From positions 1,054,001-1,118,000 of the forward strand of contig JBLDXI010000020.1 in assembly GCA_047495785.1 (NCBI GenBank): a stretch of 64,000 nt of DNA, in the 5' to 3' direction. Shown piece after piece: positions 55,212 through 64,000 of this stretch; position 1 is the first letter of the stretch, and the number at the start of each line of letters is the position of its first letter. Position numbers and translations under genes: made by a program. Origin of the DNA: Lepidodermella squamata (taxonomy: Eukaryota > Animalia > Gastrotricha). Below the pieces are notes generated by a model. It did not search any database and was not told the origin of the DNA. It was given only the letters and a program-made list of their open reading frames with translations.

Positions 55212-57680
55212 TCAGTCATATTCGATTTCATTTTTGATCATCTTACTGGAGAAAGATAAATTCTTCATTGTGAGAGCCAGTTGACGCCGTTGAATGACCA
55301 CTTCCCGGCTTGGTTTTATCGGCGATCGTTGCACTCGACTCCAGAAACCAGGCCACAAAGCCGTCGCCGCTACTGAATTTCCATGCAAAAGAAGTCCTAC
55401 AGACCAGATGACTTGCCTTAAAATCTGGCCTGAAACCACGGAGACTCCCGCGACTGTAAGAAACGATACTGCGATGGAATTAGCTGCTGCTAACTGGAAG
55501 TAATTGAACTCTCGTTGTAAAGCCTGCAATATTACTTCTTGTCGGAGTTTGAAGATGACGAAACAGCAGAAAAGAACAGGAAGCGCGTAAATCGCTCCGA
55601 AAACTCCCAGCCAAATAGTCGACGAAGACGATGCGTCGCAAACAACGTGTGTGACGTCGTAGTACTGGTCTTCGTAGTCGCTATACATGATTGGACCTGT
55701 GACAGGTATCGGCTGTGGGGTTTCGGTTGTGAATATCCAAGTCACAATCACCAAAATGAAAATCACCCCACCTATCACGTTTTGAAGAATACTAGGCAAG
55801 CGATAAGCTGCTCGGTGCTCGGTAATTAGGCCAAACTCAGTTGGGGTAACTAAATTCGCACATTCTTGCCCGGAATTTGGACCTTGAAAACTCAGAAACA
55901 CGCGGGTAGAGCCCGGCCATAGGCGCTTGCGATATGGGCCGTAAATATTTCGCACAAATTCATTGAGCGAGAACAGTTCTGAGAAAAGCGCCATCATTGT
56001 GATCCCTCCTCCGAGCAAAGCAAAAGCCATTTGCCCGTAGCATATGCTTACATCGAGGGATACAACGAAAAAGATCGAAGCGACGTTCTCTAATATTGCA
56101 CCGATGACAAGGCAGAAGTTCTTCAGCGGCCCGTCACTCAGCCCATAGACATCATCGGATCTGTTCAAGATGTAACACCCGACTGCTGCCAGTATTGAAC
56201 TCATCATAACGGCTAGGCACAGAATCGCCCAGAAAGCAGAAGGTGGAATCAGTTGGATCGAATGACCGATGCTTGAAAGATCACGTGGAATGTGACCTGT
56301 GTTTGTCCGCCAGACTGGCTTCTCGTATTGTATTATTTCATAAGAATTTGTGTTCGTGAGGTTAACGCTAGTTGCGCCAATGTACCACATTCGCCAGATT
56401 ATGTGGAGCCTGTAGTCTGACAGCCAGTATTGAGAGATTGACATGAAACGAGAATCAGCTTCGAGTCGATCTTTAGAGTACCATAGCCTGAACTGCAGGC
56501 CTTCGTACCTACCGGCAGCCGCTGATTGATTGACAGCATTCATGACAATTTCAGGCTTTTGAGTGTAGTTTCGAAGTGTTAGATTCGCCGTTCGCTTCAG
56601 TTGAACTTCCCCTTGATGTAGCGATACTAGAGCCTGCAGCATAGCGTCGTGGCATATATATCTCCGAGTCCAGTCCGGTGATCGAGAGGAATTGGCGAGT
56701 CTGTCGAGTCGACGATCAAACTCAGGAATGTCGTAGCCTAGAGTTGAGTTCTTATTTGTCGGTGAGGCCAAACCTTCTACATTCCCGACGAAAACTGTGA
56801 ATTCATACTGTTTGACTATCATATCAGGAGTGCAGCCATCTGGTAAGGTGATTTCAGGGCTGTGAGGGTCTGAATACGCATTGGAATAAGCGATGAAAAG
56901 GTACCGAGGTCCTCGAACTCCTTCTTTGTACGTCAGGCAAAGGAAAGCGAGAAGTCGAGGGGTCTCAAAGAACGTTAAATACACAATTCTAGCATTGCTT
57001 GACGTCAGCGAGTGGACAATTTCCGGCGTTTCAAACTGAATTGCATAGGCGAACCAAACAACGCTAATTCCGGCTGATTCGAACACTTCATAGATGATTT
57101 TAGCGACTATGAATTCGGAAATATTGCCGGGGAAGTAGAGTAAGCCGACCTGGAGCCATTTCGCGACATTTTTTGCCAGATATAACATTGGGGTGAAATT
57201 ATTCTCTTGAGGAGTGACTCGTCGATATAGATTTGGGAAACGCTTCCGGTCTCCTGTGAAAACCGCCCCTCCGCACCATGTTGCGAATTGAACCATGTTG
57301 TATTGCCGGACTATTCCAGAAAATGTTTGGCAGATGTAGTAGCTCCCTACAACAGCAGGTGCTAGATAACCATCAACAGCTGGGTCATAAGTTTTTTCCT
57401 CGAATTGCTGAAGAAACGCCATGAGCTTGACTGGGGCGAGGGTTGCGAGGGATCCTTCGTCGCGGTAAGTTACTTCAACTCGGTAATCTGGTAGAAGGGC
57501 TCCCTTTGCGTTCACTTCATCTACCGCAACCTGCATGGATGCTTGGCAAATCTTGCCATCAGCAGGTTCACTCCCAGTGAATGGAAGAAATGCCAGCAAA
57601 GACAGTTTATCCTTAGCTTGGGAAGTCGGGCTTAAAGTCAGAAGAAGACCGATCAAACTGAATAAATGCTTCCGACTCAT
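55212..57680 (-). CDS. Intronless GABA-B-like class C GPCR, paralog 6
   Basis: Probable start MSRKHLFSLIGLLL (ORF extends to 57752). Ectodomain very similar to 48108-50492; 7 TM segments. Confidence 0.88.
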   Translation of the reverse strand: MSRKHLFSLIGLLLTLSPTSQAKDKLSLLAFLPFTGSEPADGKICQASMQVAVDEVNAKGALLPDYRVEVTYRDEGSLATLAPVKLMAFLQQFEEKTYDPAVDGYLAPAVVGSYYICQTFSGIVRQYNMVQFATWCGGAVFTGDRKRFPNLYRRVTPQENNFTPMLYLAKNVAKWLQVGLLYFPGNISEFIVAKIIYEVFESAGISVVWFAYAIQFETPEIVHSLTSSNARIVYLTFFETPRLLAFLCLTYKEGVRGPRYLFIAYSNAYSDPHSPEITLPDGCTPDMIVKQYEFTVFVGNVEGLASPTNKNSTLGYDIPEFDRRLDRLANSSRSPDWTRRYICHDAMLQALVSLHQGEVQLKRTANLTLRNYTQKPEIVMNAVNQSAAAGRYEGLQFRLWYSKDRLEADSRFMSISQYWLSDYRLHIIWRMWYIGATSVNLTNTNSYEIIQYEKPVWRTNTGHIPRDLSSIGHSIQLIPPSAFWAILCLAVMMSSILAAVGCYILNRSDDVYGLSDGPLKNFCLVIGAILENVASIFFVVSLDVSICYGQMAFALLGGGITMMALFSELFSLNEFVRNIYGPYRKRLWPGSTRVFLSFQGPNSGQECANLVTPTEFGLITEHRAAYRLPSILQNVIGGVIFILVIVTWIFTTETPQPIPVTGPIMYSDYEDQYYDVTHVVCDASSSSTIWLGVFGAIYALPVLFCCFVIFKLRQEVILQALQREFNYFQLAAANSIAVSFLTVAGVSVVSGQILRQVIWSVGLLLHGNSVAATALWPGFWSRVQRSPIKPSREVVIQRRQLALTMKNLSFSSKMIKNEIEYD

Positions 57681-58765
57681 CAATAAATGTTTTAGGATTT
57701 CAGAATTGTTATTGCAATGACTACTAATATAGGATGGTGAAATCGTGGTCATAGCTTTCGTGTTTTTCTGTTGAGAAACATGTGCACACGACAGGAAAGC
57801 TTCGAAAGGGCGTTAATGGAACTCTCACCGGACGTAAATCAGCGACCGAGCGTTTCCGGAACGTCGGTGCAGTTGAGACATTGGCTTGAAGTTGAATCGT
57901 TTTCAGCAAACAGTGAGACAGTCAATCTATCGGCGTCATGTATTATCCGTGTTATTTGCCGCACGGAGAGCTCTGGCGAGATTCCTTTTGAGATTGAATA
58001 CACACATGTCGGTGTTCCATTTTTTTCAACCTGTGTCGAAGAGGTGGCTATAATATCAAATGTCAAAACATCCTTTGTTAAAAATTAAAAGCGAAGTAAA
58101 TTTGAAAAAACAGTTTCTTTATAGCTGGTACATTGAACGTTGTGACCCACTTCATACGACGATTCAGAGACACAAAATGACAAGTTGTGATGCTCCATTA
58201 CGGATACAATACATTACATTTAGTTACATTGTGATACAATTAGTTTCGTCCGGTTGCGCAATTGGAGGGTAAAATTGGACTTGTGCAGAAACGCCGAGTG
58301 TACAATTTAAAATTTTCAAAGCCCGTGCGCTAATGTCAAAGGGCTAGTTTTGATTATACAGGCGGTTTTTACACTAAAACGTAATTCAGACAACACTCTC
58401 TATCGAATAGATAAGTATAGGGTTCTCACGTGAAAAACTAATGGGAAAAAGTTTTCGCGCATCTAAACTTTCGAGAAACAAGTGCGCGCACTCTCAACTT
58501 GCGCGTAAAACGTGTTTATATTAATTTTTCGCGCGACAAATTCATATTCAAAATCGATAGAGAACTGTCCGAATTATTTGTTGGCAGCAAAGCCGACACG
58601 ATACTCGAAAGTAGCCCTTTGACATAAAAGCGCGCGGTCAAAGTTTTCGACTTGGCGTTTGCGTACAAGTCCACTTCTCGCTCAAATTGGGCTACGGACG
58701 TTTTTCGGCTGGAGGAAACTAATATGGACCCGGAACTGAGCATTTGTGACAGCCCAAATATGATT

Positions 58766-61210
58766 TCACGCCACTGCTGACAACGTTTTGGTCAATTTCT
58801 TTCTCTTGCCAATGCTCGTCGTTCGTGTTTTGTGTGACGTTGCAGGCGAATTGTAGCTGGAGCCTGGTACGATATTTTGAAGGCTTTTTCCTTTCAATTT
58901 CGCTGCTAAAATGACCCGAAGAGACGTGAAGCAAGTTGCTGAACTGTAAACCAGCAAGCTGAACGCCCAAACGATGTTCCTAACAATCGATTCATCATCA
59001 ATTGCGCTGACGGCAACAATGACTAGGCAATAGATTGCAAGAGCATTAACAGCCGCTACTTGCAGCGAAGTTACTTCCTTTCTCAGTGCTGCTATTACGT
59101 TAGACCGGCGAAGGTTGTAAGCGATGAAGATGTTTAAAATAAGCGGAATAGCGTTCATGGCGCAAAATGTAGCTTCCCAATAGAACGAAAATTGACTCAT
59201 ACAGATTTCGACGGTTACATCGAAATATGCGTCTTTCATCTCATCGAACGTCACGTTACCGGTGAAAATTGTCGAGCGGCTAGGTCCGAAAACTAGAAAC
59301 CAAACCGCCAGAAGACTACCATTCAAAAGCATAAAACCAATCGGTCCTGAACTGTTAACAACTTTGCTTCGATTGTTGTGAGAAACGATCGAAGCAGCTT
59401 CGGCAGGTTGCAGAGTGGCCAGTCGTAGCGAATCGGATGGCAAAGGTGCGATGAAAACCGATTTGGCAACGAATCTAAGCCGCGATTCTTTTTTGAAAAA
59501 TTTCGAGACATTCAGAAGCTTGATGAATAACGAGCTGTTTGCTGCACTCATTCCCAGAACCAAAATTACGATTTTCGACGAGCAAATTGAGTCTGATAAA
59601 GGAGACACGAATAAAACTGCAGCAACATTTGTTAGAATTGACCCGATTGTCATTGCGAAGTTACTGAAGAAATGGTCAGAAATCCCGTAAATTCCATGGA
59701 ACTTTACGGCTATTAACATCGCGACTGTCATACCAGTTGAAGACAGGACAGCAATGGCTAAAACGACCCAAAATATGGAATCAGGAACTGTTTCGAAGAG
59801 ATGGACAACCTCTGAGAGATCACGAGGTGGTTGTCCCGAATTTGTCCCCCATTCAAAATCATCAAACCTCTCTATGGAGAAGTAGCTCATGTTGCGAATG
59901 GTGAGACTGGTATTTCCAATATGCCACATGCGCCGTATCATCCTCGGCTGCCTCAATTCTGGGACGTACTGAGCCATGCCTTGAAAGCGATTGTCAGCCT
60001 CAAGCCTATCTGTCGAATAGAAAAGCCTGTGCTGTAGGCCTTCATACTTTTCCGTAGCCGCACTTCTGTTGACGGCATGCATCACTAATTCCGGGTGGTC
60101 CCGAAAATCTCTTAGAGTCAAGTTATTGGCCTGTTTTAGCTGTTTATCAGCTCTGTCCAAAACGACTAGAGCTTGCAGCATGGCATCGTGGCAAATGAAT
60201 CTTCTGGCGTAGTCGACCGAGCGAGTTGATCCGGTGATTGCGTCCAATTTCGCTTCGAATTCTGTCGTGTTATACCCCAGCGATGTATCTTTCACCAAAT
60301 TAGGCACGAGACCTTCGAAATTTCCAACAAAAACTGTCGCTTCATACATCTTCAAAATCATGGACCTAGTGCAGTCCGGCGGAAGGGTTATGTTGGTGCT
60401 ATGGGGGTCGATGTAAGCATTGGAATAGGCGATGAAGAGGTAACGAGGCCCGCGAATGTTCTCGCGATATGCCAAGCATAGAAAAGCCAGCATTCTAGGG
60501 CTTTCGTAGAATCCAAGATAAACAATCCTAGCTCGACTTGCCGTTAGCGAATCAATTATCGCCGAATTATCAAACGAAATTACCGACGCGAACCATACAA
60601 CGGAAATTGATTCCGATTCGAATATTTCGTACAGAAATTTTGCGACTAAAAATTCGGAAATATTACCAGGAAAATAAACAATGCCAACTTCCTTCCATTT
60701 AGCAATGTATTTCGCGAGGTATAGTTGGGGGATGAAGTTGCTTTCCTGGGGTGTTACCCTTCGATATAAATTCGGGAATCGATTTCTGTTACCTGTGAAA
60801 ACCGTCCCAGCACACCAAGTAGCAAATTCGACCATGTTGAACTGGCGAACTATGCCTGTGATAGTTTGGCAGATGTAGTAGTTGCCAACAACGGCCGGGG
60901 CTAGGTAGCCATCTATCGAAGGGTTGTAGTATTGATCTTCGAATTTCGATAGAAATGCCATTAAATTCACGGGAGATTTCGTGCCAAGGGGCCCTTCATC
61001 GCGATACGTGACCTCAACTGTGTAGTCGGGCAGTATGACGCCCTTCGAGTTGACCTCATTAACCGCGACTTGCATTGCAGCCTGGCAGACCTGACCATCA
61101 GCTGGTTCGCTTCCGGTGAAAGGGACGAAAGCCAGGAGGGCTAATTTATCTTTCGCTTGAGCTGTCGTGAGTATTGCTAACGCCAAGGGAGCCACCATTC
61201 TGAAAAGCAT
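58766..61210 (-). CDS. Intronless GABA-B-like class C GPCR, paralog 7
   Basis: Signal peptide, KDKLALLAFVPFTGSEPADG, RNRFPNLYRR, ICHDAMLQ, GQPPRD, 7 TM segments. Confidence 0.88.
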   Translation of the reverse strand: MLFRMVAPLALAILTTAQAKDKLALLAFVPFTGSEPADGQVCQAAMQVAVNEVNSKGVILPDYTVEVTYRDEGPLGTKSPVNLMAFLSKFEDQYYNPSIDGYLAPAVVGNYYICQTITGIVRQFNMVEFATWCAGTVFTGNRNRFPNLYRRVTPQESNFIPQLYLAKYIAKWKEVGIVYFPGNISEFLVAKFLYEIFESESISVVWFASVISFDNSAIIDSLTASRARIVYLGFYESPRMLAFLCLAYRENIRGPRYLFIAYSNAYIDPHSTNITLPPDCTRSMILKMYEATVFVGNFEGLVPNLVKDTSLGYNTTEFEAKLDAITGSTRSVDYARRFICHDAMLQALVVLDRADKQLKQANNLTLRDFRDHPELVMHAVNRSAATEKYEGLQHRLFYSTDRLEADNRFQGMAQYVPELRQPRMIRRMWHIGNTSLTIRNMSYFSIERFDDFEWGTNSGQPPRDLSEVVHLFETVPDSIFWVVLAIAVLSSTGMTVAMLIAVKFHGIYGISDHFFSNFAMTIGSILTNVAAVLFVSPLSDSICSSKIVILVLGMSAANSSLFIKLLNVSKFFKKESRLRFVAKSVFIAPLPSDSLRLATLQPAEAASIVSHNNRSKVVNSSGPIGFMLLNGSLLAVWFLVFGPSRSTIFTGNVTFDEMKDAYFDVTVEICMSQFSFYWEATFCAMNAIPLILNIFIAYNLRRSNVIAALRKEVTSLQVAAVNALAIYCLVIVAVSAIDDESIVRNIVWAFSLLVYSSATCFTSLRVILAAKLKGKSLQNIVPGSSYNSPATSHKTRTTSIGKRKKLTKTLSAVA

Positions 61211-62030
61211 TTTTCGAAAGGATACAAAAAAAATCAGTCGATCAGTGCAAATTTCCTTGACAATTTTTTAAGGATATACCGACCGCTATCGATGGGATTC
61301 GCTTTCAATTATCAAGATTGCCGCGCATTTTTGCAGCGTTAATGCAACGATGAACCATGACGCCTTCTGAAGTTCCAGGCAACCTCGAATTGTAGAGACA
61401 GATCATAACAAGCCTAATTAGCCATTAATAACATTGGAGACGCGTTCTTGTTGATGATTGCTCACAGCTTTTAGCTGTGGAGACATTTTTACCTCACGCT
61501 TTCGTCATCCTGCTTTTCTCAGGAGATTAAAAAATTCGACTAGTCATTACTTTGATGAAGTTTCTTGGCGAGTAAGTCTCTCAGCAGAGGATCTAAAATT
61601 AGCCCACTACTTACTGTCTTGAATCAGGAATATTTAAGCGAATTAAGGTATGGAAACTGGGTGATGCATTATACTTGAAGCTCGAATTATTTGGCTAGAA
61701 GAAGAAAGTCTCGCGGTAGTAAAACTTCTCCTAGATAGCCTAACCAAATGCACGAAAAACGGATCGGAGATGAGAAACGATGTCCCATTATATTGCCGGG
61801 GCAGAATTTAAATGCAGTAAGACTCGGAAATAAAATCCGGAGAAATTTAGTCCAACTCAATAAAATACGGATATTACCCGAAAAATTTACCATCGGGGGT
61901 TTCCGGGTTTTTATACCGATAAATTCAAGGTGAGAATTCAAACACGGAACTTTTCATTCTTGTTTATTTCAAATTTACATCATAAACGAGAAAATCTAAA
62001 GATGATTTACCGGCGTAAAGTCTCCAAGAT

Positions 62031-64000
62031 TTACCGGCCAAGCGCGAATAGCTCATGGGCTGTACTACGCCGCACTCTACCAGCCGACATTTCGCGCCTC
62101 TCGACCCTGCCCTGGCACATGTGATAGAAAACCATCGCAAGAGAAATCGCAATGAAAACAGCAGAGCTCAAAATTGAAACGACCATAGCAACGTAACGTC
62201 GAGTTTGGCTCTCGCTCGAAATGTAGTAATAGCTATTGGCGAAATAAATCAGCTCTTCAGAATCGCCACTCTCCTCGAGTCGGCAATGCGAATGGGCGCG
62301 ACCAAAGAAAAAATGACCGGAAATTTTATCACTGCATTCGAAGTTGAGGAAATTCGTAGCTGATGAATATTCAGCAAAAGCCTCTTTAAAAGCTTCCCGA
62401 GGTTCAGACGATTGACGGTAGAGAGTTAACTGAAGTTCAGAAGGCGCCTCCCCAGCCGAGTCGAAGCCGAACTTGCAATTCGAGGTAACATTTGGAAGGC
62501 TGACTTTGAACGATGTCCGCCGGATGTAGTTGTACAACATCGAGCCATTGCGGATCATTGATCTACACGTAGCGATTGCACAATTTGATTTAAGCACTTT
62601 TTTGATAGCATTAGTTCCGGCTAATAGGGCTCTCGTCAATGATTCCAGGCTGTTTGGAACATCAATTGTTAACATTGAGGTGTTTGAAACCATTTTCCGC
62701 CAAGAAAATGGATCTTTACAGCTGTTCATTTCGTTTGCACTGACGAGTCCAACTTCTGCATTGACAAGGCGGGTTGAATTCCTAATCATAGCGCTAAATA
62801 ATAAAAAATAACGATTATCATTGAATATTTCAAATCCAAGGCCTACCTGGTGAAAACGGTGTATTTCTGGTAATTTCTTGCTATTTTTGCCAATTTTATA
62901 GCTCTGAGAAGAGTTGCCGTACCCTCCTCGCCGCAAATGCAAATCACGCCAGGAACTTTTGCATATTGTGAAAGACTTTTCCCAATGAAAACCACATCCA
63001 TAGAACTGCCGGTGAGGATCAAATCAGCCGCGATGGTAACGCCAACTTTAGCTAGTTCGGCCCTCATAACGCGAGCGCCAACTTCAGACTCGTATGAATT
63101 GCTGGAATGCACGAGGTCGACATATCGCCATTTGATAACTTTTCCGATGAGAGCGGCAAAAACTTGAATTTTAACCTTGTCAGATGGCACTGTCCTTGCC
63201 AGAAGGGGGAAGCGATTTCGATCACTGAGCTCAGCTGACTTGGAAGTGTATTCAATCTAGTTGAAAAAAATTATGAAACAAATAAGAAAAAGTATAAATT
63301 AAAAAAAGCGATTAAAAAATCCGCCTTAAAATTTCTGGGTCATATTTTTGTATTTTTTTGAATTTTTGAATTGTGTTATCATTTGAGCGTTCCAATTTTT
63401 TCTCCGTTCAAAATGCACGATTTTTTTTTAAAACACTCAAAATCACGAGATGTGTCTTGGAACCCGGTACCAGCCCGGTACCAGTGCCGGAACCAGCCAA
63501 TGTTACTTTGATGACCACGATGGAAAAGTTTCAAAATCGCCCACCGTTCAAAGTGGATGAATAATATGTCTTTTATTTGTTTACTTACCAAAGGAATATT
63601 GAGCTTATGAAGTTTTGAAGCGACGCTAGCTGTTACACCGCCTCTTCCATCGCAAATGACGAAAGCAACAGTTCGATTATTAGCAACCCTAGCGTTGCTC
63701 CATTTTTCTATTTTCGACGATGCTAATTTCGGCGAGGAACACGAATCGATAACTTCAAAGTCGAGCTTGAACAATTTGTTATTGAAGTATTCATCATTCA
63801 GCTCCCATATCATTCGCCTGGCGTAGCGTACGATTTGCGTGCTACCTGGTACCGAAGAGTTACAAGTGTTATTTCGCCCCTGATTGAGAGGTAGGATAAA
63901 TCCGACTGTCACTACATTGTACTGTGATCGGCTATCAAAACTTGCTGAGTCGAAAAATATTAGAGACAAGTAGGCAATAAGGGCAATATAGTTGTCAATA
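62031..64000 (-). CDS. mGluR-like Venus-flytrap (ANF-receptor) ectodomain protein with a single TM helix, 5'-truncated, at least 3 exons
   Basis: VGFILP, L.FEVIDSCSS, VASKL..LNIPL|IEYTSKSAELSDRNRFPLLARTVPSD, KWRYV.LVHS.NSY; one TM (YVAMVVSILSSAVFIAISLAMVFY). GT-AG introns at ~63587-63257 and ~62846-62795. Confidence 0.7.

Noticed and set aside
63190-63215. Suspected frameshift in the mGluR-like gene
   Set aside because: Recounting the G5 run gives an open frame, RFPLLARTVPSD.

Overview
Eukaryotic DNA from a compact invertebrate genome (most introns about 45-65 nt; organism not identifiable from sequence alone). From left to right: the 3' 12.8 kb of a giant multi-exon extracellular mosaic gene (C-type lectin, sushi, LamG/pentraxin-like, Myxococcus-type Cys repeats, WSC); a dispersed cluster of seven intronless, highly divergent GABA-B-type class C GPCRs, one frameshifted, which may be an uncharacterised chemoreceptor expansion; two tandem SLC46-like MFS transporters; two PI-PLC X-domain (PLCXD) genes with N-terminal hydrophobic leaders; an 8-exon glycine-receptor-like Cys-loop channel with an atypical M2, hosting an antisense nested CARD/coiled-coil gene; a stand-alone P4H-alpha-type TPR protein ending in RDDL; a secreted pseudo-protease/4x sushi/ankyrin fusion; and a 5'-truncated mGluR-like Venus-flytrap protein with one TM helix. 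Several DNA-transposon derivatives can be delimited by TIRs and TSDs, including a foldback element whose two arms each carry an outward-facing tRNA-derived Pol III unit, and a CMC-type element with a nested TA-specific MITE. All gene models and family assignments were made by eye, without database searches.
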